A DNA stretch of 64,000 nucleotides from Mobula hypostoma (taxonomy: Eukaryota): positions 156,674,001-156,738,000 of the forward strand of contig NC_086100.1 in the NCBI RefSeq assembly GCF_963921235.1, written 5' to 3'. This document shows positions 37,240 through 50,092 of the stretch, one piece after another (within the stretch, counting starts at the first letter, position 1; each line of letters opens with the position of its first letter). The translations under genes were made by a program, and so were the position numbers. The notes under the pieces were generated by a model, which did not search any database, had not been told where the DNA came from, and was given only the letters and a program-made list of their open reading frames with translations.

Positions 37240-38337
37240 ATGGCGGACAGAGACAGCGAGGGTGAGAGTGGGGCGCCGGCCGAGGCCACGGTGCTCCAGG
37301 ACTCTCCGTTACCGCCCGCTGACCCGCTCCCCGAAGGGGAAGAGGAGAACACAGCGGCGGCTAGGGAGGATGAGGAGGCGGCGGATGAGGCCTCGCCTAC
37401 TGCCGAACCCCCACCGCCGCCGCCGTTGCTACTGCAGACCCAGGAGTTAGCCTCGAAGCGGGTGGACATCCAAAACAAGCGCTTCTACCTGGATGTCAAG
37501 CAGAACGCCAAAGGCCGCTTCCTGAAGATTGCCGAGGTGGGCACAGCGGGCCGCAAGAGTCGGCTCACCGTCTCCATGCCGCTGGCGGCCGAGATGCGCG
37601 ACCGGCTGGGCGACTTCATCGAACACTACGCGCAGCTCGGGCCCGGCGGAGGAGGAATTGGCGACGCCAGTTCCCGCAGGCCTCCGCCGCCGCACCACCA
37701 TCAACCCCTCCACCCGCCGGTCCAAGCCCAGCCACAAGCTCGGGCCCAGCTGGCTCCAGGGGAGGTGCCGCCGCAGCGGGTTCTGAAAAGCGAGTACCTA
37801 GTGCGGGAAAACCGCAAGTATTACCTGGACTTGAAGGAAAACCAGCGCGGCCGGTTCTTGCGCATCCGCCAGACCATGAGCCGAGGCCCGGGTTGGGGCT
37901 ACTCGGGACAGGGACAGACCATCGCCCTCCCTGCTCAAGGCCTTATCGAGTTCAGGGACGCTTTGGCCCGGTTGATCGAGGATTTTGGCGTTGGCGGTGG
38001 GCCAGGCCCGGGAGGTGGAAGCGGCGAGCTGGGCGACGGTACCATAGCCCTTGTGCCGCCGGAGTTGCCCGAAGGCACCTCTGTGCCCGTCGACAACAAG
38101 AGGTTCTTTTTTGATGTCGGCTCCAATCGCTACGGGGTGTTTCTGAGGGTGAGCGAAGTCAAGCCGGCTTACCGCCACTCCATCACCGTACCTAGCAAAG
38201 CCTGGGCCCGTTTCGGCGATAACTTCATCCGGTATGCCGAGGAGATGAGGGCAATCCAGGAGAAGCGGAGGGACAGGAGAGCCGAGCTGTCCAGGGAGAC
38301 GGTGGCGAACAGTGAAGAGGAAGAAGAGGAAGACTGA
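37240..38337 (+). CDS. PURG: Purine-rich element-binding protein (PUR family), 365 aa, single exon; PURG by synteny with WRN
   Basis: Three PUR repeats ([22 protein letters not shown]; [31 protein letters not shown]; [33 protein letters not shown]). Head-to-head with WRN, as human PURG is. The family call is certain; the paralog name rests on synteny. Confidence 0.9.
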   Translation: MADRDSEGESGAPAEATVLQDSPLPPADPLPEGEEENTAAAREDEEAADEASPTAEPPPPPPLLLQTQELASKRVDIQNKRFYLDVKQNAKGRFLKIAEVGTAGRKSRLTVSMPLAAEMRDRLGDFIEHYAQLGPGGGGIGDASSRRPPPPHHHQPLHPPVQAQPQARAQLAPGEVPPQRVLKSEYLVRENRKYYLDLKENQRGRFLRIRQTMSRGPGWGYSGQGQTIALPAQGLIEFRDALARLIEDFGVGGGPGPGGGSGELGDGTIALVPPELPEGTSVPVDNKRFFFDVGSNRYGVFLRVSEVKPAYRHSITVPSKAWARFGDNFIRYAEEMRAIQEKRRDRRAELSRETVANSEEEEEED

Positions 38338-41300
38338 CATCCAGTACTTAAACTTTTGCTATCATTTCTGCTTTATCGATATAACTCTGAAATCACTTAT
38401 AATGCCCCTATCCTACTACTTTTGTTCCTTGCCCGATTGCCATCCCAATCATTTTCCCCTCCCGTAACTGCCATCCTGCTAGCTTCGCTCGCTGGATCGC
38501 GTGTTATCCCTTCGGCCAAATTGCTGTCCTTTTTCCCTTTTCTGTAGTATTTATTCCAATTAACACTGTCCTGTCATCATCCTGGCTGCCACTCTATTTG
38601 CCTTTTGCTTCTGTTGCGAATCCCTACTCATCACCAGCTCTCCTGGATTGCTGTTCTCCCATCACCTTTTCTCTTACCCTTTTTACTACCTTCCCCCTTC
38701 TATTCCATAGCAGTCACCATCCCTTCTCTATTTGCCTATCTTTTAAGCCCCTCGTCATCTCTCGGAGCCATGTATGATCATTGCTCTCCACACATTTTTA
38801 GCCTTGGGTACTGAGACCTAACACCCATAAACTCCACTCACACCCTTCACCAGTATTCTCTTTAACCCGCTGTAACATTTTTTCATCCATACTGTTTGTT
38901 AGTTTCGGGTTTGGCATGAGTTTCCCTGTCAACTTTCAGTCAGTTACCTTGCAGCTAAAGTTTTGTATTCAGATTACTCCCCTGACCCTTTCCCAGTTCT
39001 CATTCACTTTAACTATTTATTGTTGGTTGTATTAGCTATGCCTCCTGCACCCCTGACTTTCACTAATGCTTGCTTATCAATTTCTAATCCCAGTCATCGT
39101 CAAACTCTTCTTCCCATCGATTGCCATCCAGCCACACCAATCCATTACTTAATTGCCTTTTTTCATCCTCCATCGTTATGCAATCACATTTTCATCTGAC
39201 TCCTTGATCTCATGCCCCAACCACCTGACCTATCCCAATGTTAATATCTTAGCAGTGGCATCACCTAAACTGTGGAGTGTCATGCCTCCCCTGCTGTTCC
39301 ATTTGTAGTTTCCCGTTGCTTTTTCCTATTGATAGTCATCACCATTCTCACCCTCAACACCATTCAGCTTACTACTTCCTCCTGTGTGTTGGTTCAGTAT
39401 GTTCTCATTCCCACCTCTTCATTCTCTTCCTTCTCAGGCCACCCTCTTTCTCCTCCCCCCCCCCCCCAAAATTTTGGTATGGAACCTTTTCCCCAAAGTC
39501 ATACTTCACCCAGTCTGGTACTCTTCCTCCTTATCTGTTCACTATCTCCCATCCATGTCCTTTTGTATTACCCTCAACCTCACTACTTTATTTCCACGCA
39601 TCCTCATCTGCCTCAGCATCCTTATCTCTTACCCAGCTGCTCCATCTTTATCTACTCCACCTTCCCTCTCCCTATCCTATGTTATAAAAGCAACCTTGCA
39701 ACACTCATCTCTACTTTTCATCTCACCATATAACTTCTTTCCTTTCTTTCTGTCAGTAATCTCACTCAAGTCCTTGACACCTGTCTTCATCCTCTTATCA
39801 TACCTCTCCTTCATCCTTCCTCTGCTGAAATGCTTGTGCAATGTAAAAGAAATGTTTTTACCAATTTTATTTTTATTATTCTGTCCCTCGAGGAAACAAA
39901 ATACTTTAAATGGACTCAATTTAGGTTTTCATAAAGGAGTTCATTTTCTCTGGTTGTCATTTGCATTTTGAAAACACGCCATCTGAATTTTTGGAAATAT
40001 TAATTTTACAAATAAGCATTGAGTTACTTTATCTTTTTCAGTACAACCTACCAACAGAAATAAGACTGACTTCTCGTTAAAACCTTCACGGAAAAATGTG
40101 CATCTACTCTCTACGTGAACAGTTACAGCCTGCCTGCTGTAAGTAAAGTTGTACCAACTTATTTCACTTGATTCACAGCAAATGAGCCTCAGGCCCATTG
40201 TCTTACTGAAAGAATCAAGCTTTTGTACAGCTTTTAAGCTATCAAAATCTGTGGTTGTCGTATAATATGGCAACATAATATTCACATCAGCACAAAATGT
40301 GATCTACATTTTGCATGTCTATCTATGTTTGTGATCTTCAGTTTACAAAATTTGAACAGTAGTTTCTGAAATATTTAATACTGGTTAGTACAATGTGCAC
40401 AGAATCCAGTACACATCCACCTCACCTTAAACCCCTCCTCCCCAGAACCTTTCCCCTATTGGTAAAGTAATAGGGTTCTTAAGTACGCAATAATTCCCTA
40501 AAAGCTCAGTTTGGTTTATTTATTGCACATTGACTAATTTATAACTGACAAAAAGTGCAATATAAATACTTTATTCCATACATACCGATTAACCATGGGA
40601 AATAAACCACAGACTGGTGTGCCAAAGGCTTGCCCCAGACATGATTGAGTTGTCTGGAATATAAGGATGCATACAATTTTTCTTCCTTTTTGTTAGGACA
40701 CGGTTGTGGGTAGAGAGAGTCATCGCTGACACATATAACTGTGATAGGTATTTGGTAGCCTTTAGTATGTTTGCACTTTAAAGAATAGCTATTGGGTGCT
40801 ATGCTATTTTCCCTATATCAACTGGAGACAACCATTGATTAGTTGTTTAGGTTTGCGCCTAGGCAGCCACTTCAGTGCAGTGCTGTCACTTATAGAAACA
40901 AAATGACAAATTTTACCAATTGCACCACAAGGGCACATAGATGAAGAACCAAAAGCATCAATACCACCAATGGATTTGTCATAAGTATGGAATCACTATG
41001 CTGCTACCTTTTTAACGATGTGAGTCATGAATTAAGAGCTGCACCTGCAATAGTGGGTGCACAAGATTAATCCTTGGCATTGACAAGTAGAAGTTACCAG
41101 CATATCTAGAAATTTTTGCTTATTGGATACACATTAATACCCCAGACAAGGTATTCAATAGTGTTATGACAGCTTTTTTGCACTGTGACCTATTAACAAA
41201 GGCACATTATGTAACTTTATAACATCAGTCCAAATTATTTGCAGCCTAATATATTTGCAATATTCCATTGCCGTCTTTAAATAACTAAATGTATTATAAG

Positions 41301-44300
41301 AGATTAATAGTAGAGTATTAACCTGCAAATATGCCCTCATATAGCAGCTAAAGCCCTTAAGTTCTTGCAACTCAATCTTTGCATATGACAATCGCAAGGT
41401 AACAGAGTAAAATGTGACTATTCTAAATTGTCACTTAAATGCATAAAATGCCAATCCAAATAATTTTGTTTTAAAAGTTATAGCTGTATTCTACATTTTC
41501 TATAGCAGTGGCAGTAAAGTTAGTTTGCATAGAATGTCACCCTTCGATTTCTTTCACAAAGTGGTCATTTAACTGGTGTTATAAAGTTATACAGGTTTTT
41601 TTTTGTTCTGGGAACAGTGGAGGAGCTCTCCCTGAGGGAAGTATTTAGCACTTCTCTCTCAAGTTTAGTACTTAATCTGTTAGTGTTTTGAGAATTTTCC
41701 TATAGCTTTCTCAAAACGAATTGCTTGAGAATGTGTGATATATTCATTACCATGTCACTTGAATTTAGTGTATCTCGATGTTAAAGAAATTGTAACTATT
41801 TATAACCCTACAATCATGCCACAGTGTAGCACTGATTGAAATACAAAGTGCTATCATTGTGTTTGTCAGATAGTATATTGCACATGGGCACTGAACATAG
41901 CAGAGAAATGCATGTTTGAGCCTTTAATTGTCCTGTTTCTGCTGCAATCAACTCAGAGCTATCCAAATGAAAAGATTTGTTTTATAGTGTACTTAGTTTA
42001 TATAAAGGTTCCTTTATAATGGAAGTAATTCTAGTGGTTGCAATATAATCTTAAGTGTAAGAATAGACAAGAAATTCCTATGAACCATTTTTACTGTAGA
42101 TAATTAACAATATTAGTAAAAGTTCCTTTGGGGAATTAAGTTGCTATTTAATACTAGTAATAATTAGCTGGGTACAATGGGTCATAAATAAAATATTTTG
42201 ATAGAACTTGCCAAACATCAGTCAGACAATATATTACCACCAACAGTGCAGTAATTATTATTATATTATTTGTGGTAGCAGTTATATAACAAAATAACAT
42301 TTGCATTATCTTCCACATCTTATTGTTACTTTAATTTATGCTCAGTATGATAAGCAGACCGATAATCATTCATTAATATATTTTATTTTTCTCTGGTATA
42401 CTATTTTGTTAATGTGATAGGAATTTTTAGGCTGTGGATTGTTTCATATCTTTCGTTATTACTCTAAGTATTTTTTAATCTCATATTTTGCTTTTAATTT
42501 AGGCCATGTAGCACTAATTGGGCTGTTTCACTTAATATAAAGCAGTTAAAGTTTGAAAGAATCCCAGTATCAACTAAATCATACAGGAAGTTAGGATACA
42601 CTTGGTTTCCTGGCCTGTGTGTGAAGTTATCTGAAACTGGTAAAATGAAAGTTCCTTTTGCATTCAATTAATTTGAGTGTACAGCTACCTAGTTGTAATT
42701 TAGAAATGTGGAAGTTTTTGTTCAAAGATAAATGTGTTTGCTATCAGTAACCTGTAAGACTAATTCAGTTTTTTTTCTGCGGATGCTCCTTGGTGATAAG
42801 AGTATTCCCAGCATTCTCATTTAATTCAGATTTCTTGAAATTATTCTGTTCTGCCATGCACAGTTCCAATATCTTGTTACTTGTCTGTTCTAAGCTATAA
42901 CTTTTAAGCATTCATTTTCCATTCTTCAACACCAGTAAAATCAGCTTGAGTTACTTGGACAGTGGTATCCACAGATAATTCACTTTGCTCTCTCCAGTCT
43001 TCCCCATCTCTGCACTTTAAAATATGCCAGTTTTCTCAGCACTGCAGTTCATTCTTAAAAGATGTTAACCTCCTTTAGATGTTTCATGAGCTAATAAGTT
43101 TTCTGATTTTTGTTTCTTATTTCATTTTTCCAGCATCTGCAGTTTCTTGCTTTACAAATCTGAAGCAGTTAAGGTCAGAAAATGAAACATTAATGCTTTC
43201 TTTCTTCCCACAGACACTGCTTGATCTGCTGAGCATTCACAGCGCTTTCTATTTCTGCTTCTAATTTGATTTGGTTCTAAACATTCCTTATTGGCCCAAT
43301 CTGTGTAGAATTTGTTGGAATTTCTTCCATTGCCTCCCCTCTTCAGCCTCCCCCCCATTTATTATTCTAATAGATTTTATATTTGAATTTGAAATATAAT
43401 CACCTTTTTAAATGGAAGTGAAATAAGCACACTTTTGCCTGTTAGTTTGCACTGCTCACTGCATATGGATTGATAGTGTAGTTGTATGTGTTATGCAGTG
43501 CAGATTAAGGTGAAAAATGTAGATCCAAATAATATGTATTAGAAAGTTGCTGCTCTGAATTTCATGTACAATTATGTACCAATTGTATGCATCCTAACAG
43601 TGTCATTCTACAACTGTGGCAGTTCCTTACATTTTGTACTGCTCCAAATGTGGAGATATTTGCTCATCTGACATTCAAAGCTATGGTGAATTAGGTATAG
43701 GGTTTAATTTGTGAAGAAACTATAATGCCTTATGCAGGCATGCTCTGGTGTATGTATGTTTAGTCAACATTTGTGTGAAAGGCATTGAAATTTGGGTATT
43801 CTTTGCAATCTAGACACTTTGCTTTCCTTTTTTGAAAAGCATTTTAAAAATCCTTTGGAACTTTATTCTTCATTTATTGAGTGTACAATTGAATGTCCAT
43901 TGTGATGGAGTTGTTTTTAGGGGAGGGAAATCATTTAATCTATTTATTTGGTTAATCTAAATATTTGGTTTACTGACATTTCAGGACATTTAATCAGGTC
44001 AAAACCATTGGTGAAATTATGGTGTCATTATTTATTCCGTTGTTTGGCATGTCGTTGGTGATTTCAATTTGACTTTTGTCTGAAGATCTACAAATCAAGA
44101 TGCTAATATTTCAGTCTTTTGAAATAGCTTTTGTTTTTATTTGCTTTGAGCTTTATGTTGTATATTCACAAGGTTATTAATCTGCTTGTATATGAAACTT
44201 GCATGATGTCAATTTCATCATTTAAAGTTTACAATAGATGAGTACCTTTTTGTTTAATCACATAATTTTTCTACAGTAGTGTGCATTATATACATTTTAA

Positions 44301-46310
44301 ATTGATTATGTTTATCCATTAGGTTTAAAGGTCTATGTCTCTTAGTGCTGCACTATCAAAGAGTCAACAGTGAAAAATATTGGGAAGCAATTTCTTGCAG
44401 CAATCAATGCTGATACTTCTGGGTGGGTTTTTTTTTGGTTGATTGGATTACCAGAGCACTTTAAGCATTATATTCAAGAATAGCATTTTTTGTGGATAGT
44501 GATTGAGTTGATGTGGAGTGGGAGAGATTTGAATCAATCATTGGGCTGGCTTATGCACCAGCATTTCGGCATTGAAACTAAAGTTCTGAAACTTGTACTA
44601 CGAAATGAAAAATAAGGGAACATAAAGATTTGGAGGACCAAATCCGTCAAGTTGTTACAACATTGGACTTCCGTAGAGGTCAGTGGCAGGAACTTGGTGC
44701 AGGATTAAAGTTTCCATTGATTTGGGCAATGGGGACTAGAGACTTGAAGGAAAAGGGCATTGTTGTTATTCCTTTTCAGTTTTATTTATAATTTAGTGTT
44801 GTCTTAATTTAACTTTATTTTTAATTTTACTTTCAATTTTAATATTTTTAAATGCCTCTGAATGTGAGAGTTTAAAAACAATTAAAATTGACAGCTTTTA
44901 TACCTAGCAATACCTGCTCCCAATTTTGTAGCCATCAGAGGCTTTAGAGCTCTTAGGTTGTGGTGCCTTTACTCTGCTGCTGATGGCACCATGCTCCTGG
45001 GTCAGAAATAGAGGGCAGTGAGAAAGATGGGCCTGCCAACTCCCAATATGTGCTGGCATGGGGCTTGGCCAACCAACACTGGTTTTACAGTGCCCTCTAT
45101 AGAGCATACCTGTATTTGGGTTATGTATATTTCAATTATTAATAAGATATTGGGAATAGAAATATTGCATGCTATTTACAGTGATTCTCATGCCACCTTG
45201 TAATGCAAATCATTTTGTCTACATATGTATTTGCTGGAATGCCATGCTGTATTTGTGCTTGAGAGGGGAAATCTACAAATCTAGATCTTAATCTTCTATT
45301 GACCTTAGATTTTATTGCAGAGTTGGAAGAGTAAAATTATGCATTTTATTTTGTGAATATAAAAATCTATAATTTGTAGTTGAAAAGGGGATTTCACAAA
45401 CAATTAAACGTAGGTGGCTTCCCTTCTGTGTTTGCTTAGCAGTTCAAATAAAAAAAATAAACTGGCATGTCATATAATGCATTTGATACAAAGCAAATAT
45501 TTACCATTATTCCACTGCTTATGGTATATGATATTTTGATCACAATTTTAATCAGTGGAGCTCAAGGAACATCTATCAGATGCTGCTACAAAATTCCCTG
45601 GAATTAATAATCCATCTCTGGGATGGATTTTTCAACCATCCATCCATCCATAAACTTGGCATGTGAATCAGCCACTCATTTTGGAAACCAATTAATCTTC
45701 AGTTATGGTAATGAAATTTAAACAGGTTCTATCAGCAGCACAACCCAAGTGCCGTCAGTAAATTAAATCTAGCCTTTTTTAAACATTTCTAACATTTAAT
45801 GCTAACTTTACAGTTTGTTGGCAATTTTACTTGCTTTGTGTACTTGCCATACGAGAAGACAAACTAAATATTTGGTATTTGCTAATATTTTTCCCTTTCT
45901 TCATCTATATCACTTGCTAGACTCGCTTATTTTTGAGATCCAGAAAATATCCTTTGTGGATTAGAAGTGTAAATCTACCTCTTGCACTTCCATACTATTA
46001 TGCTGCCAAATAAGCATATTTCATTCGTACATTTTCTGAACTAAGCCCAGAAAACTGAAGGGATCCTCTTTACCATTTTTATTTGAGAATTTGAATCTCA
46101 TAAATGTGTACTTTGTCAAAATACAGCCAAAGATGCAAAAATAAACTCCATAATTTGTAGATGCATGTGTGTGTGTCTTTTCAAATCATAAATAACTGCC
46201 AATTGTGCTTGTATTGAACCTGAACAGGAGTATCTGTCCATTTAATATGCAAATGTGCAAACTTTTACTGATACATATGTTGTAAAATAAAGTGTGTAAG
46301 CTATGTATTG
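38338..46310 (+). other. Putative long 3' UTR of the PUR gene
   Basis: About 8 kb nearly free of recognisable TEs, U-rich. Ends in TGTA-AATAAA (46286-46291) followed by GT-rich sequence. Earlier AATAAA sites exist (e.g. about 40601, 45447). Confidence 0.45.
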
Positions 46311-48034
46311 GGGTCCCATCTGTGGTTTGTAAATTATTGCTCATGGTTTACAAAAAACATCTTAAGTTTGCAAGATGATCTGTCTGGTGACTGTTCATGC
46401 ACAGCAAGAAAGAATAGTCGGAGTCCTGGGCTGTTAAGTCTGTGGGCAGTTTGGAAGGGAAAAGTTGGAACTTGATTTTGCAACATACATAGGCAGCAGC
46501 TGCAGGCTACAACAAATTTAATATATTTGAATCTTAAACAAGATGAAGTGATCAGTTAAAATATTCAAAGAAACTTAAATGGGTTTAATTGTATAACCTT
46601 TCATAGAATCAAACAAGTTTGCACACGGATGATGTCTCGCAGTTGTAAGGTGGGAGTTGGTGCATAGCTTGGCAGCCCTGGATAACCATATCTCAGTAAG
46701 TGTTGCCATCTTGAAAAACACTGGGTCAAAAGTAGCAAGCTGTGGACTAAACTTTCATTCTTGAGGTATTTACGATTTAAAAAAAAATAACTGCACATCA
46801 TTCCAGAAAGCAGTCCAGTTCCTTAGTTTGAGTACCTGTGTGATTAGTGTTTAGGAAAGGGGTATGGTGATCAAAGTGGTAAGGTAACCCTGGTGCAGTG
46901 CTAAAATACCTTTTTTTTAAACTATGGTATTGTCTTTGGAGAATGTAGTTTAAAGAGGAAATGACCACAGTGACAACACTATGGCCACTTCGGATAAATG
47001 AATGTAGTTCTAAGAAAGTTTGACTTAGCATCTCAATTAAATCACTAGGTAGTTGCCTGAACTGTATATAAATAAGATGCAAATTGATCAGTAGTTTGAA
47101 TGCGTAGCTGAGGAATTGGCCTGGGAGGGGAAGGGCAGAACATTTGATTAGTAGGATACTGCACATTAAAAAAAAGTTGTTCTGTTGAGACTGGCTCCAC
47201 TTAAGCTAAACCTGGTCCCAATGAACCAAATAACTAGAGTAATAGATGTGGGTTTAAATTTTCAGCAGGTAGATTAGAAGAGTTAGAGCGTGATAAATTT
47301 AAGTGGTGGAATACATGGCAAAGTTGTAATTTCAGTGAAAATAACTAAATTGGTAAAATGTTAATTCACAATGGTAATAGGGTTAACATCAGCATAGAAA
47401 ATGGTTAACATTGTAAGCAGTATGTAAATGAACTAATAATAGGAGTGAAAAGAAATGGGTTTCCCGCAATGCATTCTGAATATGTGGTTATGTGCATAGT
47501 GACTGAGTGACAGAGAAGTACAGGTAGTAGATATTCTAGAGTACTTCACTTTTAAAAAGGATGTACAAAAGGTGAAAGAATAACATCTTCAATAAAGATG
47601 TTGGTAACAATAGAAGAGAAATGTTGTGGCTTGAAACGTCAATATGTAAAAGTGGTTTGAGAGGAATCTTGGGAATAAGAGTAGAAAACGCATCTCCCTG
47701 GCAATATTTACAGTTTAAATTAGAAGCACAATCATGAGCTATGCTTCAATTTCACATAGTACCTCTTGGTTTGCAGAATAATTGTTCAGCAGAATTGTTT
47801 ATAAAAATGAAGTATATGTATACCTTTCAATATTTTGGATTTTTAGGTTGTGTCATCTAATAATGAACTGTTTTCCTCCCAACACTGTCATGACCTAACT
47901 CCCAGCCGTAACTCTTTTGCTTCTGCTACTATGTCTGGGACAAGATTTAAGTCAGTGATCATACTGCTTAATGAAGCAGTGATGTTGTTTAAAAGACTGA
48001 AAGGATTCTGGGATATTAACTTCTGTTACAAGAG

Positions 48035-48460
48035 GGTGCTGGAGCAGCAGTGCAATGCAATACATGCACATATTTTAAAAAACACAATTTCACTAAGAAT
48101 ATATATGCATAAAATAGTTAACAAAGTAGTGCAAAAAGAAATTTTAAGAAGTAGTGGGGTTGTGTTCATGGGTTCAATACCCTTTTAGAAATGGGATAGC
48201 AGAGGGGAAAAGGCTGTTCCTGAACACTGAGTATGTGCCTTCGAGCTTCTATACCTCCTTCCTGATGGTAGCAATGAGAAGAGGGCATGTCCCTGGTGGT
48301 GGGGGTCCCTAATGATGGATGCTGCCTTTCTGAGGCACTGCTCCTTGAAGATGTCTTGGATACTACAGAGGCTAGTACCCATGATAGAGCAGACTAATTT
48401 TACAACTTTAAGCAACTTCGATCCTGTGCAGTAGCCATAACCCCCACCCCCAATCCAGAT
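48035..48460 (-). mobile_element. Rex1-type LINE 3' fragment
   Basis: CLRKAASIIRDPHHQGHALFSLLPSGRRYRS motif. Confidence 0.8.
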
Positions 48461-49603
48461 CATGGTACAGAATGATAGAAAAGGAAAGTTGTGGGGAAGA
48501 GGGGTAGATACAAATGGAGGTTATACCTAAAAATAAACTTAAGATGCTGGAATCGGAAACAAAAAAATGCCGTAAGAGCTTGAATCAATGTAGCATACTG
48601 AATGAGAAACCAATTTAGCATTTCAGGCCAGGGATTCTTCCTCAGAGCTACCACATTTGTATCTATCTGAACATCAAAAAAAGTGTTGGTATTTCATTCT
48701 ATGTACTTCCATGCACACAATATCACTAAGATTTCTCAAGGCGATTTCCTTTACATCTATCTTAAGATGCACAAGTGACATACTAAATAGAATATTATAC
48801 TTCTGGAGGCTGCAGGATCTAGATAACATTCAGGCACCGACTGATCTGTGGCAAGTAATATTGATGCCTCGAAAGAGCCCAATAATGACCTTCTCCAACC
48901 AAACATTCAATGCATTACCATGTCCACATCTCCCTTCATTGATATCCAGGGGGTCACTATTGACTAGAAACTAGCTATAGAGCCATCTAAATAATAATTA
49001 CTACAACAGCATATCAAAGGATTGATTCACTGTAAGAAGTAATTGGCTTTTACTAGTCAAAGTTTTTGCATCATCTTCAAGGCTTGTAGGAAGACTGATG
49101 GAATCTTTTCCCTCTGCCTAGATGAGGAAAAACTGCAACTCAACCACTACCTTCAACATTAATTGCACTTAGCTTCAGAGCACAAAGTACTAACTATATA
49201 ATACTGCAGTTTCTCACTTGGGTATTTCAAGCAGAGCCCTCTCTACTTGCAGCTTAATGATCAAGAAATACAAGGAAAGTAGACCCCTGGGAGCACCACC
49301 AGCTCCAGATTCCTATCCAATTCACACCAACCTGGCTCATGTATTTAATTTCTTCATCCCTCAGTCTAAATCCTGCAAGGAAAAGCTAGGATTGTTGGTA
49401 ATACCAAAACCTGAAAAGTAAACAAACCCCTTTGAACCTCCCAGTGCCTTTCTGTCCTTAGCATTCCACTCCACCCCAAAATCCTCTGCAATGACAAACA
49501 TTTTCCTTTCATGCCATTTAAAAATATTGATATTCAATTATCATTGGTGAATAAATCCATAATTAAGTCACAATTGGTGCAGGTGTTCTTTGATCTAGAG
49601 TTA

Positions 49604-50092
49604 CAGTGCTGTGCAAAAGTCTTAGACACATATTTTAGCTCGGGTCCCTCAGGCACTTGCACAGTATTGTAGTAATTTTATGTATTGCACTGTACTGCTG
49701 CAAGAAAATAAATTTCATGACACATGTAAATGATAAACCTGATTCTGATATGGGTCTCTTGTGGGCTGAGAGTAGGAAGGGGGCAGGGAGAGGGAATCAC
49801 GATTAGGAAAAGGGGTAGGGAGAGGGGAATGTCTAAGAGGCACCAAAGAGACTTCTCCATGTTTGATTTGTCAATAAACCAATTGTTTGGAATCAAGTTA
49901 CTTTGCCTAGTGTCTGCACCTGTGCCACACCCCTCCCTGGCATTCCTATGCCAACTGTTTCATATTGCTCCCCCTGCATTCCATCCTCACCATTCCCAAC
50001 ATACAAACTGGCTCTTCATTCCAAGTTGACAGTACTGTGCAAAAGTCTTAGGCACCCTAGCTTTATGTGCCTAAGAATTTTGCAGAGTACTG
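49604..50092. mobile_element. Composite of two ~65-bp Tc1/mariner-type mini-MITEs and a spacer
   Basis: CAGT(G/A)CTGTGCAAAAGTCTTAG hairpin units at 49604-49669 and 50030-50092; TA at both outer ends. Confidence 0.7.

Noticed and set aside
37798-38340. 180-aa antisense ORF and other ORFs overlapping the PUR CDS
   Set aside because: Expected shadow ORFs of a GC-rich coding sequence; no recognisable domain.
39272-39971. Overlapping 136-195 aa hydrophobic ORFs
   Set aside because: Pyrimidine-rich sequence lacks stop codons in all frames; the peptides are low-complexity L/S/P/F.
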